A stretch of 60,291 nt of DNA from an uncultured Ectothiorhodospiraceae bacterium. GTDB taxonomy: Bacteria > Pseudomonadota > Gammaproteobacteria > UBA9214. Positions within the stretch are counted from its first letter, which is position 1; every line of letters starts with the position of its first letter. The notes beneath the pieces were generated by a model. That model was not told where the DNA came from, did not search any database, and worked only from the letters and a program-made list of their open reading frames with translations. Positions 22,451-33,859 of the stretch are shown in pieces. Position numbers and translations under genes: made by a program. The stretch lies in NCBI GenBank assembly GCA_964443845.1, contig CAYUFA010000004.1, forward strand, positions 2,706-62,996. The letters run 5' to 3'.

Positions 22451-22608
22451 GTGTTCCGGCAGCGGTTGGATACAGGGATGGCCAGTATACCCTTGCAACC
22501 GGAGGCATCCGGCCAGCCGGGTACGCCCCGGGTTGCACACCGGAGTATGCAGCCGGAGCGGGCACAGGGTACCGGTGGCGGCACCGGCAGCCTGCGGTGC
22601 GACGGGGG

Positions 22609-24732
22609 TCAGGCCATTCTGGCGATAATGCGTTCGGCTTCCTGTTTCTGGTCGCTGTTGCCTTCCTCCATGACTTCATCGAGGATGTTACGGGCACTTT
22701 CCCGGTCATCCATGTCGATGTAGGCACGCGCCAGATCCAGTTTGGTGGTCACCTCGTCTTCCGTGGTGAGCACCCCTTCCTGCTCGTCTTCGATCTCGAT
22801 GGCATAGTCATCGAGGTTGAAATCCATGCCCTCCGGCAGGTCGCCGCTCGCCTGCACCTGGTCCTGCAGGCCGTCCACGCCGGTTGCGCTGCCGGTGGCC
22901 TGGTCCGGGGTGGCGGCATGAAACAGCTCGTTGCCGGGATCCAGCGCATAACCCATTTCGGCCACCTGCATCCAGCGCTCATCGTCTTCCGTGACCCCGT
23001 CGTGAAATTCACCGGCGGCCTGTACAAAGGCGGCCACATTGCCGGAGGCGTGGTATACCTCCAGCAACTTCAGACGCAGGTCGTCGTTGTCCGGATCCAG
23101 CTCGAGTGCCTTGTGCAACAGTTCCTCGGCCTGCTGGATGCGGCCATAGGCTATGTAGACATCCGCCTCCGTCAGCGGGTCGCTGTCGTGCCCGGGCACC
23201 GGTGCCTGCAGTTCCTCCTCCTGGTAGCGGGGCACGGTGACATCGAGACTGTCGAAGGCAGGAGCCGGTTCGCGGGAGTCACCCTGCTGCGCCATGCGAC
23301 TTTCCAGGGTCATGTCCTCATCAAAACCTTCCGGATTCCGTTTCCGGCTGATCAGCCGGAGCAGGACACCCAGCAGCAGCACCGCGATGGCTGCACCACC
23401 GGCCAGCAGCGGGTTGTTCACGATCTGCGCCATGACACCACGGGATTCCGCGGCGGGCCTGACCGACGCCGGCGTTACCGCGGCCGGTTTGGCCGCCGGC
23501 TGTGCCGCAGGCTTGCGGTCCTCGGGTGTCTGCTGTGCGGATTTCTGCTGCAACTGTGCCAGCGCGTTGTCCTTGAGTTCGAGCAGCCGTTTCATGGTAT
23601 TGACCTGCTGCTCCAGGTCCGAGACACGTGACTGCAGTTCTGCCGACTGGGCCTGGCTGGCTTCGGCGGCCTCCGTCGCGAGCGCCAGCTGCTGTTCGAG
23701 CTTGTCCCCCTGTGCGGATTTCTCATCCGGGTTTGGCGCATCCCCCGCAGCCGCCGCACTGTCCACATCCTTGCTTTCCGGTGCGACCAGCGTGAGGTGG
23801 GCAGCGGCGGGAGTGCTGGCCTGTGCCGGGCTGCCGGCCGTGTCCAACGGGGCCTGGTTGTCGGCTGCCGCCTGCTGACTGCCGGCACTGATCTCGGCCT
23901 GCCACTCCCGGTTCTGCCGGGTGGATTCCGCGGCGGCCTGCTGCGCGCTCATTGCGCGCATTTCGTCCACGCTGGGTACCCGCAGGGTCGCCCCGAGCTT
24001 CATGCGGTTGATGTTGCCGCCCATGAAGGCATCCGGGTTGGCGCGCAGCAGTGCCTGCATGACCTGCGGTACGCTCACACTCCCGTCCGGACGCAACTGT
24101 TGCGCGATGCTCCAGAGGGTGTCCGTGCGCCGGATGGGACCGATTTCGCGCGTGGCAGGAGCGGATTCACGGGTGGCGGCAGCAGGCGCAACCGGTGCCG
24201 ACGCAACAGCCGGAGCGGTGGCGACGGGTGCTGCGGCGACCGGTGGCAAAGTAACGGGTGTTTCGGTAAGCGGCCTGTCCGGCGCGCGGAGCGCAGCCTG
24301 CGTCCGCGCCGGTGCCGTGACCGGCGTCACGGCCGGCATGGTAACCGGGGGATCGACCAGTACCGTGTACTGCCGCAGCAGGTGCCCCTTGGGCCAATCG
24401 AGTTCCAGCATGAATTCCAGGTACGGTTCCCGGACCGGGTCCGTACTGGTTACCCGAACGATGGCATTGCCATCCGCTCCCTTCTCGACGTGAAACCGGA
24501 AATCCGAGAGGATCGGGGTCTTGGTCAGGCCGGCACGCTGATGCGCGGCCAGGGTGGCCACCGAGACCTTGATGTCCTTCAGGTCGGTACCCGCCGAGGA
24601 GGTCAGGTCGATTTCCGCCTGCATTGGCTGATTCAGCGCGGACTGCATCTCGATTTCGCCGAGCCCCATCGCCAGCACTCCTGGCGAAGAAAAAACCAGC
24701 AAAATCGATGGGATAGCCAATTTTCTGAACAT
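22609..24732 (-). CDS. fimV: Polar landmark protein FimV/HubP
   Basis: MGLGEIEMQSALNQP, LysM-like DTLWSIA, TM helix, EADVYIAYGR, C-terminal KLDLARAYIDM; asd-fimV-truA synteny. Confidence 0.95.
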   Translation of the reverse strand: MFRKLAIPSILLVFSSPGVLAMGLGEIEMQSALNQPMQAEIDLTSSAGTDLKDIKVSVATLAAHQRAGLTKTPILSDFRFHVEKGADGNAIVRVTSTDPVREPYLEFMLELDWPKGHLLRQYTVLVDPPVTMPAVTPVTAPARTQAALRAPDRPLTETPVTLPPVAAAPVATAPAVASAPVAPAAATRESAPATREIGPIRRTDTLWSIAQQLRPDGSVSVPQVMQALLRANPDAFMGGNINRMKLGATLRVPSVDEMRAMSAQQAAAESTRQNREWQAEISAGSQQAAADNQAPLDTAGSPAQASTPAAAHLTLVAPESKDVDSAAAAGDAPNPDEKSAQGDKLEQQLALATEAAEASQAQSAELQSRVSDLEQQVNTMKRLLELKDNALAQLQQKSAQQTPEDRKPAAQPAAKPAAVTPASVRPAAESRGVMAQIVNNPLLAGGAAIAVLLLGVLLRLISRKRNPEGFDEDMTLESRMAQQGDSREPAPAFDSLDVTVPRYQEEELQAPVPGHDSDPLTEADVYIAYGRIQQAEELLHKALELDPDNDDLRLKLLEVYHASGNVAAFVQAAGEFHDGVTEDDERWMQVAEMGYALDPGNELFHAATPDQATGSATGVDGLQDQVQASGDLPEGMDFNLDDYAIEIEDEQEGVLTTEDEVTTKLDLARAYIDMDDRESARNILDEVMEEGNSDQKQEAERIIARMA

Positions 24733-24813
24733 TCCAGAGTCCCCTGTAACGATGATTCAGTCCGAGACTACAGCAGCGCGCAGGCAAAGATCGGCATGGC
24801 GGCAGACTATAGC

Positions 24814-25836
24814 CTACAAATACTCCCTGACCAATAATTCCGCGATCTGAACGCTGTTCAGTGCTGCACCTTTGCGTACGTTGTCGGCAACAATCCACAG
24901 ATCCAAACCCCGCGGATGGGAAATATCTTCCCGGATCCGGCCAACGAACACCGGATCCTGCCCGGCGGCCTCGGTGACCGCGGTCGGATACCCGCCGTCC
25001 CGGCGCTCATCCAGGACGATAATCCCGGGCGCTGCCCCGAGCACGGCACGGGCACGCTCGACGGTCAGTTTGTCCCGGGTCTCGATATGGACCGCCTCGG
25101 AGTGCCCGTAAAACACCGGCACGCGCACGGCCGTGGGGTTCACCCGGATCGAGGCGTCACCCATGATCTTCCAGGTCTCCCAGACCATCTTCATCTCTTC
25201 CCTGGTGTAGCCATTATCCTGGAACACGTCGATCTGGGGCAGCACGTTGAAGGCGATCTGGCGCGGGTAGACGCCTGGCTTCACCTCCTTGCCGTTCAGC
25301 AGCGCCGCGGTCTGGCCGGCCAGTTCCTCGATGGCCTCCTTGCCGGTGCCGGACACGGCCTGGTAGGTACAGACGTTGACGCGCTCGATACCCGCCGCGT
25401 CATACAGCGGCTTCAGGGCCACCAGCATCTGGATGGTGGAACAGTTCGGATTGGCGATGATGCCGTGGCGCCGGTAGTCCGCGATCATGTGCGGGTTGAC
25501 CTCGGGCACGACCAGGGGAATCTCGTCGTGGTAGCGAAACTGCGAGGTGTTGTCGATGACCACGCAACCGGCCTGCGCGGCGATCGGTGCAAACTTCTCG
25601 GAAATCGAGGCACCCGCCGAGAACAGGCCGATACGGGTTTTCGAGAAGTCAAAGGTGGCCAGGTCCTGAACGGTCAGCTGCTTGCCACGAAAGGCGATCT
25701 TCTTGCCGGCCGAGCGTGCGCTCGCCAGTGGGTAGACATTGTTTACCGGAAAATCACGCTGCTCGAGAATCTCCAGCATGGTTTCGCCGACCGCGCCGGT
25801 TGCACCGACGACGGCTACATCATATTTCGCTGACAT
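24814..25836 (-). CDS. asd: Aspartate-semialdehyde dehydrogenase
   Basis: VVGATGAVG, ANPNCST, DNVRKGAALN. Confidence 0.98.
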   Translation of the reverse strand: MSAKYDVAVVGATGAVGETMLEILEQRDFPVNNVYPLASARSAGKKIAFRGKQLTVQDLATFDFSKTRIGLFSAGASISEKFAPIAAQAGCVVIDNTSQFRYHDEIPLVVPEVNPHMIADYRRHGIIANPNCSTIQMLVALKPLYDAAGIERVNVCTYQAVSGTGKEAIEELAGQTAALLNGKEVKPGVYPRQIAFNVLPQIDVFQDNGYTREEMKMVWETWKIMGDASIRVNPTAVRVPVFYGHSEAVHIETRDKLTVERARAVLGAAPGIIVLDERRDGGYPTAVTEAAGQDPVFVGRIREDISHPRGLDLWIVADNVRKGAALNSVQIAELLVREYL

Positions 25837-25877
25837 AGGTCCTGTTTACCTGTAGTTGAACCAACAAATCTGCTCAC

Positions 25878-26957
25878 TCAGTCACGCAACGCACGCACCA
25901 CGGCGTCGCCCATCGCGCGCGTGCCGACGGAACGTGTGCCGGCCGTTGCGATATCCGCCGTGCGCAGGCCGCTATCCAGCACCTTGCCCACGGCCTGCTC
26001 GATACGATCAGCCAGATCGCCGTGGTCGAGGCTGTAGCGCAGCAGCATGGCCACCGAGAGAATCGTCGCCAGTGGATTGGCGATATCCTTGCCGGCGATA
26101 TCCGGCGCCGATCCGTGGATCGGTTCATACATGCCACGGCCACGGCTGTCCAGCGAGGCGGAAGGCAGCATCCCGATGGAGCCGGTGAGCATGGCTGCGG
26201 CGTCCGAGAGGATATCGCCGAACATGTTGCCGGTCACCATGACATCGAACTGTCGCGGCGCGCGTACCAGTTGCATGGCCGCATTATCGACGTACATGTG
26301 CGACAGTTCCACGTCCGGGTATTCCGCGGCGATGCGGATCATGACCGAGCGCCACAACTCACTTACTTCCAGCACATTGGCCTTGTCCACCGAGCACAGG
26401 CGTCGCGCACGCTTGCGTGCGATCTCGAAGGCGGAGCGCCCGATCCGCTCGATTTCGGACTCGCTGTACACGAGAGTGTTATACCCTTCCCGCTGTCCAT
26501 CCTCCCGGGTACGTATGCCGCGCGGTTTCCCGAAGTAGATACCCCCGGTCAGTTCCCGGACGATCATGATGTCCAGTCCGCTGACCACGTCCGCCTTCAG
26601 GGTCGAGGCAGCGGCCAGTTGCGGATAGAGAATGGCCGGCCGCAGGTTGGAGAACAGCTGCAGTTCGGCGCGCAGCCCCAGCAGTCCCTGCTCGGGACGC
26701 AGCGCCCGTTCCAGACCCTCCCAGCGGGGACCACCGACGGCACCGAGCAACACGGCGTCGGCGGCGCGTGCCAGCGCCAGCGTGGACTCAGGTAACGGAT
26801 GCCCGTACGCCTCGTAGCCCGCCCCGCCGACCGGTGCCTGCTCCAGTTCCGCCGCGAACCCGTACTGCGAGCGCAGGACATCCAGGACCCTGCCCGCCTC
26901 GGCGACGATCTCCGGACCAATGCCATCGCCGGGCAGGATTGCTATTTTATGTGACAT
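25878..26957 (-). CDS. leuB: 3-isopropylmalate dehydrogenase
   Basis: [30 protein letters not shown]. Confidence 0.98.
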   Translation of the reverse strand: MSHKIAILPGDGIGPEIVAEAGRVLDVLRSQYGFAAELEQAPVGGAGYEAYGHPLPESTLALARAADAVLLGAVGGPRWEGLERALRPEQGLLGLRAELQLFSNLRPAILYPQLAAASTLKADVVSGLDIMIVRELTGGIYFGKPRGIRTREDGQREGYNTLVYSESEIERIGRSAFEIARKRARRLCSVDKANVLEVSELWRSVMIRIAAEYPDVELSHMYVDNAAMQLVRAPRQFDVMVTGNMFGDILSDAAAMLTGSIGMLPSASLDSRGRGMYEPIHGSAPDIAGKDIANPLATILSVAMLLRYSLDHGDLADRIEQAVGKVLDSGLRTADIATAGTRSVGTRAMGDAVVRALRD

Positions 26958-26974
26958 TTATAATGAGTTGTTAG

Positions 26975-27628
26975 TTATTTTTGAAGTAATTCATCAAATA
27001 ACCAGGGGGCAGCCTGGCGACGTCTGGTCTCGTAGTCCCGGATGGCGTCGGCATGCTGCAGCGTCAGACCGATGTCGTCCAGCCCGCGGATCAGGCAGTC
27101 CTTGCGAAACGCGTCGACCTCGAAATCCAGCACGCCGCCATCGGGGGTATGCAACTGCTGCGCTGGCAGGTCCACACGCAGCCGCACGCCCGGCGTCGCC
27201 GAGCTTGCGCGAAACAGCTGGTCCACCTGGTCCGCCGGCAGAATGACCGGCAGTACACCGTTCTTGAAACAGTTGTTGAAAAAAATGTCGGCGAAGCTGG
27301 GGGCAATGATGACCCGGAAACCGTAATCCAGCAGCGCCCACACGGCATGTTCCCGCGATGATCCGCAACCGAAGTTCTCGCGCGCCAGCAGGATGCGTGC
27401 GCCCTGGTAGTGCGGGTCATTGAGTACGAAATCCGGATTCAGGGGCCGCGTGCGGTTGTCCTGACCCGGTTCGCCGTGATCCAGGTAGCGCCATTCGTCG
27501 AACAGGTTGGGCCCGAAGCCACTGCGCTGGATCGATTTGAGAAACTGCTTGGGAATGATGGCATCGGTATCGACGTTGGCCCGGTCCAGCGGCATCGCGA
27601 TCCCTTCGATGACGGTCAGGGTATCCAT
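26975..27628 (-). CDS. leuD: 3-isopropylmalate dehydratase small subunit
   Basis: [24 protein letters not shown]. Confidence 0.98.
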   Translation of the reverse strand: MDTLTVIEGIAMPLDRANVDTDAIIPKQFLKSIQRSGFGPNLFDEWRYLDHGEPGQDNRTRPLNPDFVLNDPHYQGARILLARENFGCGSSREHAVWALLDYGFRVIIAPSFADIFFNNCFKNGVLPVILPADQVDQLFRASSATPGVRLRVDLPAQQLHTPDGGVLDFEVDAFRKDCLIRGLDDIGLTLQHADAIRDYETRRRQAAPWLFDELLQK

Positions 27629-27629
27629 G

Positions 27630-29042
27630 TCACTCTCCCCGTCCCGGCCGGACATCCGCGAAATGCCCGCGCAGTGCGGCTTCCGCGGCCATGGCCGGGC
27701 TGACCAGGTGGGTGCGTCCACCCTGCCCCTGGCGACCTTCGAAATTGCGGTTGGAGGTTGATGCGCAGCGCTCGCCCGGTTGCAGGCGGTCGGCATTCAT
27801 GGCCAGGCACATGGAGCAGCCGGGCTGCCGCCATTCAAAGCCGGCCGCGCGGAAAATCCTGTCCAGCCCTTCCGCCTCGGCCTGGCGCTTGACCAGCCCG
27901 GACCCCGGAACCACCAGGGCCTGCCTGATCCCGGGCGCCACCTTGCGACCGCGGATGACCGCGGCAGCGGCCCGCAGATCCTCGATGCGTGCATTGGTGC
28001 AGGAGCCGATGAACACGTGGTCCGGCCGGATATCGGTGATCGCCATACCGGGCCTGAGATCCATGTAGCGGAGCGCCTTGCGCATGCCCTCCCGGCGCAC
28101 GCTGTCCGGCTCCGCGTCCGGATCGGGCACCCGGCCATCGATCGACACGACCATTTCCGGGGAGGTACCCCAGGTCACCTGCGGAGCCAGCGCAGTGGCA
28201 TCCAGTTCGACGCTGACATCGAACTGCGCATCCGCGTCACTGTGCAGGTCCTGCCAGCTCTGCACGGCACGTTCCCACAAGGCACCGTGTGGTGCGTACG
28301 GGCGTGCCTGCAGATAACCGATGGTCGTATCATCCACCGCCACCATGCCGGCCCGGGCACCGGCCTCGATCGACATGTTGCACACCGTCATGCGACCTTC
28401 CATCGACAGGCCGCGTAGCGTCGAACCGGCGAACTCGATGGAGTAGCCGGTACCGCCGGCCGTGCCGATCCGGCCGATAATGGCCAGCACCACGTCCTTG
28501 GCCGTCACCCCCGGGGCAAGATTCCCTTGCACGCGCACCTGCATGGCGCGGGTCTTGCGCATGATCAGGCACTGGGTCGCAAGCACATGCTCGACGTCGG
28601 AGGTGCCGATGCCGAAGGCCAGTGCGCCAAAAGCCCCGTGGGTCGAGGTGTGGGAATCGCCGCACACGACGGTCATGCCCGGCAGGGTGGCCCCCTGTTC
28701 GGGGCCGATCACGTGCACGATCCCCTGGCGCGGGTCGTTCATGTGGAACTCGGTAATCCCGAGGCGGTGGCAGTTCCGGTCCAGGGTTTCCACCTGGATG
28801 CGCGAGACCGGATCGGCGATTCCGGCGGCACGGTCCGTGGTCGGGACATTGTGATCCGGTACCGCCAGGATGGAACCGGCACGCCACGGCCTGCGCCCGG
28901 CCAGGCGCAGGCCTTCGAAGGCCTGCGGGGAAGTCACCTCATGGACCAGGTGTCGATCGATATAGAGGAGCGCGGTACCGTCTTCTTCCCGGCGCACACA
29001 ATGGGCGTCCCAGAGCTTGTCGTAGAGGGTCCTGCCAGACAT
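27630..29042 (-). CDS. leuC: 3-isopropylmalate dehydratase large subunit
   Basis: [46 protein letters not shown]. Confidence 0.99.
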   Translation of the reverse strand: MSGRTLYDKLWDAHCVRREEDGTALLYIDRHLVHEVTSPQAFEGLRLAGRRPWRAGSILAVPDHNVPTTDRAAGIADPVSRIQVETLDRNCHRLGITEFHMNDPRQGIVHVIGPEQGATLPGMTVVCGDSHTSTHGAFGALAFGIGTSDVEHVLATQCLIMRKTRAMQVRVQGNLAPGVTAKDVVLAIIGRIGTAGGTGYSIEFAGSTLRGLSMEGRMTVCNMSIEAGARAGMVAVDDTTIGYLQARPYAPHGALWERAVQSWQDLHSDADAQFDVSVELDATALAPQVTWGTSPEMVVSIDGRVPDPDAEPDSVRREGMRKALRYMDLRPGMAITDIRPDHVFIGSCTNARIEDLRAAAAVIRGRKVAPGIRQALVVPGSGLVKRQAEAEGLDRIFRAAGFEWRQPGCSMCLAMNADRLQPGERCASTSNRNFEGRQGQGGRTHLVSPAMAAEAALRGHFADVRPGRGE

Positions 29043-29115
29043 CACACCCGTCCGCTGTTGTTTCGCCTGCGCGATCAAGGAAACGACTGATTATATGGGC
29101 CACACCCTCCTCAAG

Positions 29116-30267
29116 TCATCCACTGTGCGCATTCCGGTTGCGCGGGCGGACACCGATCGCGACCACCAGCACGGCCAGCAGCGCGGTTACCGCAGCCAGC
29201 AGGAACATGGCCTGCGGACCCAGCCCGCGCCAGAGATAGCCGCTGGCAACACTGCCCAGCGCCCCGCCCGCACCAAAACTGAGGCTGCTGTAGAGTGCCT
29301 GCCCACGCCCCTGGTGGATCCCGGTAAACAGGGAATGGATCAGGAAGATCGCCACCGCGTGGTACAGACCGAAGCTGGCCCCATGCAGCGTCTGGGCCAG
29401 GATGACCACCGCGGGATGCTCCACCAGGCTGGCGATGAGCACCCAGCGCAGCGAGGTCAGCGCGACCGCAACCAGCAACAGCCGGTGCGGACGGTAGCGT
29501 GACAGCAGGCGCGGCATGAACAGGAACACCACGATCTCGGCCACGACCCCCAGCGCCCAGAGCTGACCGATCTGCGCCGTGTGGTAGCCGTACTGCTCCA
29601 GGTACAGGGTGTAGAAGGTGTAATACGGTCCATGGCTCGCCTGGACCAGGAAGCAGACCAGCAGCAGGGAGAACACCTCCGGGCGCTGCAACACGCGGCG
29701 TATCGGCTCCTGGTCGAGCGGCAGATGCCCCGCGGCAGACTCCGGCACCGTCAGGCTGCTCAGCCAGATCAGCAGAAACACCACGGCCAGGATAGCTGGC
29801 AGGCAGCCTGCCCCGTAACGATCCAGCACCGGCCCGAGAGACACGACCGCGAGTATGAAACCCACCGAACCCCACAGGCGGATGCCGCTGTAGCGGTGCG
29901 ATTCCTCACCGAGATGATTCATCGTGGTGGCCTCGAACTGGGGCAAGGCGGCGTTCCAGAAAAAACCGAAGGTGCTCATGACCAGCGCCAGCCACCAGAA
30001 TCCGCTGCCGAGAAACACGCCGCAGAAGGTGACCACGGCCAGCAGGGAAGCGAGGCGGATGATGGTCATCCGGTGCCCGGTGTGGTCGGCGAGCCAGCCC
30101 CATACATTCGGCGCCACGAGCTTGCTGGCCATGAGTATGGCAATCAGCTCGCCGATTTCGGCCACGCCCAGTCCGGCGGATTTCAGGTACAGGCTCCAGT
30201 AGGGAACCAGTACGCCGAGAGACACGAAATAGCAGAAGTAGAAGCCGGACAGGCGCCAGTAGATCAT
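29116..30267 (-). CDS. MFS transporter (MFS_1-like)
   Basis: About 12 hydrophobic segments, YSGIRLWGSVGF; coupled to aroC. Confidence 0.88.
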   Translation of the reverse strand: MIYWRLSGFYFCYFVSLGVLVPYWSLYLKSAGLGVAEIGELIAILMASKLVAPNVWGWLADHTGHRMTIIRLASLLAVVTFCGVFLGSGFWWLALVMSTFGFFWNAALPQFEATTMNHLGEESHRYSGIRLWGSVGFILAVVSLGPVLDRYGAGCLPAILAVVFLLIWLSSLTVPESAAGHLPLDQEPIRRVLQRPEVFSLLLVCFLVQASHGPYYTFYTLYLEQYGYHTAQIGQLWALGVVAEIVVFLFMPRLLSRYRPHRLLLVAVALTSLRWVLIASLVEHPAVVILAQTLHGASFGLYHAVAIFLIHSLFTGIHQGRGQALYSSLSFGAGGALGSVASGYLWRGLGPQAMFLLAAVTALLAVLVVAIGVRPRNRNAHSG

Positions 30268-30303
30268 GGCATCCGCACTGGCAGGGACCGGGGCCCCGCG
30301 GAA

Positions 30304-31407
30304 TCAGTCTGCGGCGGTGGCCGGCACCACCGGTGTGGCGGACGCAACGTCCTGGTTCTGGGCGCGGTGGCGCAATACATGGTCCATCAGGACGATCGCC
30401 AGCATGGCTTCCGCAATGGGAGTGGCACGGATACCGACACAGGGATCGTGGCGGCCGGTGGTGACGACCTCCACCGGGTCGCCCGCGACGTCGATGGTCC
30501 GACCCGGGATGCGGATGCTCGAAGTGGGCTTGAGCGCGATGCTGGCCACGATATCCTGTCCGCTGGAAATGCCACCCAGCACCCCTCCGGCGTGGTTGCC
30601 GAGAAATCCCCCCGGGGTGATTTCATCGCGGTGCTGCGTGCCCTTCTGTTCCACACAGGCAAAGCCGGCGCCGATTTCCACGCCCTTGACGGCGTTGATA
30701 CTCATCAGGGCATGCGCAATGTCGGCGTCCAGCCGGTCAAAGACCGGTTCGCCGAGCCCCGGCGGCACGCCGCTGGCCACCACGTTGATGCGGGCACCTA
30801 TGGAGTCACCCTCCTTGCGCAGCGCATCCATGTAGGCTTCCAGTTCCGTCACCCGGTCCGGGTCGGGCGCGAAAAACGGGTTTTCGCCAACGGCTGCCCA
30901 GTCCCGGAACGCCAGCCGGATCGGCCCGAGTTGCGCCAGGTAGCCGCGGATCCTGACCCCGTAACGTTGCTGCAGGTATTTCTTCGCAATGGCACCGGCA
31001 GCCACCCGCATGGCCGTCTCGCGCGCCGACGAGCGACCGCCGCCGCGATAATCCCGGACCCCGTATTTCTGCTGGTAAGTGTAATCCGCGTGACCGGGCC
31101 GGAAGCGATCGCGGATTTTCGAATAGTCCTGCGATTTCTGGTCCGTGTTGTGGATCAGCAGACCGATGGGCGTGCCGGTGGTGCGGCCCTCGAACACACC
31201 GGACAGGATCTGGACGGCATCGTCCTCGCGGCGCTGAGTGGTGTGGCGGGACTGTCCCGGCTTGCGGCGATCCAGGTCCTGCTGCAGGTCGGCCGCGCCG
31301 AGTTCCAGCCCCGGGGGACAACCGTCCACGATGCAACCAAGCGCCGGCCCGTGGCTCTCCCCAAAGCTGGTGACCGTAAACAGTTTCCCGAAGCTGTTTC
31401 CCGACAT
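30304..31407 (-). CDS. aroC: Chorismate synthase
   Basis: [27 protein letters not shown]. Confidence 0.99.
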   Translation of the reverse strand: MSGNSFGKLFTVTSFGESHGPALGCIVDGCPPGLELGAADLQQDLDRRKPGQSRHTTQRREDDAVQILSGVFEGRTTGTPIGLLIHNTDQKSQDYSKIRDRFRPGHADYTYQQKYGVRDYRGGGRSSARETAMRVAAGAIAKKYLQQRYGVRIRGYLAQLGPIRLAFRDWAAVGENPFFAPDPDRVTELEAYMDALRKEGDSIGARINVVASGVPPGLGEPVFDRLDADIAHALMSINAVKGVEIGAGFACVEQKGTQHRDEITPGGFLGNHAGGVLGGISSGQDIVASIALKPTSSIRIPGRTIDVAGDPVEVVTTGRHDPCVGIRATPIAEAMLAIVLMDHVLRHRAQNQDVASATPVVPATAAD

Positions 31408-31455
31408 CGCGGTATTGTACCGGGTCTGCCGGCAAGCGTCGCCCCCCGGCCAGGC

Positions 31456-31482
31456 TAAAGTTCAGCGCCAGGCGGCCGATAG
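31456..31482 (+). promoter_or_regulatory. sigma28 (FliA) promoter
   Basis: TAAA-N15-GCCGATAG vs consensus TAAA-N15-GCCGATAA; about 45 bp upstream of a small ORF with RBS. Confidence 0.8.
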
Positions 31483-31527
31483 TGCTCATGCAGTCAACTT
31501 CGCAATAACCAGTCTCAGGAGTGCGGC

Positions 31528-31728
31528 GTGGCAGAATCGAACGGACTAAAGAGATCGCAGATCGGCAATTTCCTCGGTCAACCGGTCTTTGAGACCTTTA
31601 CCTCGCGTAACATGACCTATGTATTCGACCGGGTCGCCCGCTACATCGACGGTGAATTTCCGCTCGAACAGCTCGACAAGGAAGAAGTACTGATACGTCC
31701 CGGCCTGATCTACCGCCCGGCCAAGTAA
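31528..31728 (+). CDS. Small hypothetical protein (66 aa), probable sigma28 target
   Basis: AGGAG RBS, GTG start, protein-like composition, sigma28 promoter upstream. Confidence 0.75.
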   Translation: MAESNGLKRSQIGNFLGQPVFETFTSRNMTYVFDRVARYIDGEFPLEQLDKEEVLIRPGLIYRPAK

Positions 31729-31744
31729 GCCGCCACCACCGGCA

Positions 31745-32062
31745 TCAGTCGGCAGGGATCTCCAGGCCCAGCCTGTGGGTCTCGTTGATCTGGTAGAGCA
31801 GACGGATACAGGGCAGCTCCTTTTCCGTCTGCTGCTTGACAATCCGCATCATCGGCAGGTCGTGCCGGTCAAACACGTAGCTTCCGTCCTTCATCGCGGC
31901 GCGCATGGCGCGCAGTTCCTTGAGCAGAGCGGCGATATAACCCGGCGTCTCGTCGATTTCGTCGATATCAAACCCGCGCGCCTCGATGATATCCTCGAGT
32001 TCGAAGATCGCCTGTCTGACCAGTTCGACGTATTGTTCAGCCGTTGCAGGTCGATTACCCAT
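31745..32062 (-). CDS. Hypothetical protein (105 aa)
   Basis: Directly downstream of prmB, helical protein-like composition ending INETHRLGL. Confidence 0.8.
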   Translation of the reverse strand: MGNRPATAEQYVELVRQAIFELEDIIEARGFDIDEIDETPGYIAALLKELRAMRAAMKDGSYVFDRHDLPMMRIVKQQTEKELPCIRLLYQINETHRLGLEIPAD

Positions 32063-32068
32063 CCCGAA

Positions 32069-33034
32069 TCATTCCACGTCGGATGCATGTGTCACGGTGC
32101 GCGTCTGCAGTGCCGCGGCAAACTGCGGCCCCCCGGCCAGCAACTGCTCACGCTCCAGCAGCAACACGCCCTCGCCCCCGTATTCGAAATCCAGCCACAG
32201 GAACGGCGCATCGGGAAACAGCCCGATCAACTGGTCCTGGGCGTGTCCCACTTCCACCACCAGTATGCCACGTTCCCGCAGGTGCACGGCAGCATCGGCC
32301 AGGATGCGCACCGCAACGTCCAGCCCGTCACAGCCTGCCACGAGTCCCTGCGCCGGCTCGTACCGGAACTCTGCCGCAAGACCCGCCATCTCACCCGCCG
32401 GAACGTAGGGTGGATTGGATACGATGATGTCGAACCGCTGCGTCCCGAGCGCCGCATACACGTCCGAGCGCAGCGGGGTCACGCGCCCGGCCAGATCATG
32501 CCGTTCGACATTGAGCGCGGCAACCTGCAGGGCGTCCGGCGCAATGTCGGTCAGAATGACTTCCGCATCCGGGAAATAATGCGCGCAGGCGATGCCGATG
32601 CAGCCGCTGCCGGTACACAGGTCCAGCACCCCGCGTACCGTGTCCGGGTCGATCCAGGGCTGGAACCGGTTTTCCACCAGTTCCGCCAGCGGAGAGCGGG
32701 GAATCAGGACCCGCTCATCGACGTAAAAGGGCATGCCCGCGAACCAGGCCTGGTGCGTCAGGTACGCCGCCGGCTTGCGTGTCCGGACCCGCAGTTCCAG
32801 CAGTTCCCTTGCCTGGCGCACCTGGTCGGACGTCAGCGCGCGGTCCAGCTCCCGGTCATCGATCCCGTAATCCAGGTCCAGCGCATGCAGCACCAGTGCC
32901 GCCGCCTCGTCCAGCGAGTTGTCCGTCCCGTGGGCAAAGACCAGTCCGGATCCGCCCAGCAGTTGTGCGCCACGGGCGATGAGCTCGCGGGCAGTCCCGG
33001 CGTCAGCCAGCAATGAACCGAGGTGTTCCGTCAT
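32069..33034 (-). CDS. prmB: Ribosomal protein uL3 N5-glutamine methyltransferase
   Basis: HGTDNSLDEA, VDERVLIPRSP, LDLCTGSGCI, SNPPY; near aroC. Confidence 0.96.
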   Translation of the reverse strand: MTEHLGSLLADAGTARELIARGAQLLGGSGLVFAHGTDNSLDEAAALVLHALDLDYGIDDRELDRALTSDQVRQARELLELRVRTRKPAAYLTHQAWFAGMPFYVDERVLIPRSPLAELVENRFQPWIDPDTVRGVLDLCTGSGCIGIACAHYFPDAEVILTDIAPDALQVAALNVERHDLAGRVTPLRSDVYAALGTQRFDIIVSNPPYVPAGEMAGLAAEFRYEPAQGLVAGCDGLDVAVRILADAAVHLRERGILVVEVGHAQDQLIGLFPDAPFLWLDFEYGGEGVLLLEREQLLAGGPQFAAALQTRTVTHASDVE

Positions 33035-33087
33035 GCGCGGCAGCTACCTGATGAATCACATGCGGCAGTGTGGAATAATGCCCGCCC

Positions 33088-33738
33088 ATGGAACCAGATT
33101 CGTCCCCCCGGCGATCCGTCCGCATCCTGCCGACGCTCATTATAGCTGCAATCGCCATCACTGCGGGTATCCTGGCAGCACGCTTCGTCCTGCATTCCTC
33201 ACCCCCCTCCGCTGGCATGACCTCGGTCCGCTTCCCGGTGGCCCGCGCCTTGCGGCCGTTCCATCTGGTGGATCAAGAGGGCAGGCCGTTCGACAACCAG
33301 TCCCTGAACGGTTACTGGTCATTTCTGTTTTTCGGGTATACCCATTGTCCGGATGTCTGCCCCACCACCCTGTCCGTGCTGGACAGCGTGGCGCAGAAGA
33401 TCAGCGATGCGACAACGCCGGCACACTTTGTGTTCATTAGCGTGGACCCCGGGCGTGACACCCCGCAACAACTGGCCCGCTTCGTTCACTACTTCAACAG
33501 GCAGTTCATCGGCGTGACCGGCAGCGACGCGGCAATCGACCAGCTGACGAAACAACTTGGCGTACTGCACAGCAAGGTCCCTGACAGCAAGGATCCGGAT
33601 AATTATCTGGTCAACCATTCGGCCAGCGTGTTCCTGATCGACCCGCACGGCAATTACCACGCCCTGTTCTCACCGCCACTGTCAGCCGACAGGATGGCGG
33701 CGCAGTATCAGCGCATGGTCCGGGATTTCCGCCAGTGA
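33088..33738 (+). CDS. SCO family copper chaperone
   Basis: N-terminal TM, FGYTHCPDVCP (CxxxC), SVDP, NHS. Confidence 0.93.
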   Translation: MEPDSSPRRSVRILPTLIIAAIAITAGILAARFVLHSSPPSAGMTSVRFPVARALRPFHLVDQEGRPFDNQSLNGYWSFLFFGYTHCPDVCPTTLSVLDSVAQKISDATTPAHFVFISVDPGRDTPQQLARFVHYFNRQFIGVTGSDAAIDQLTKQLGVLHSKVPDSKDPDNYLVNHSASVFLIDPHGNYHALFSPPLSADRMAAQYQRMVRDFRQ

Positions 33739-33859
33739 ATCTGTCCATGCACGCCCTGCTGAGATGCCTGCAGCCTGGGAATGGTGACTGCCTGCCGGTC
33801 CGTGCTGCGCTGCAGCGTGATCCCGGGAACGGCGTACAACCCTGATCAGGACCGTCGTC

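Noticed and set aside
33088-33738. SCO gene away from cytochrome oxidase genes
   Set aside because: Stand-alone SCO paralogues are common; nothing unusual in the sequence
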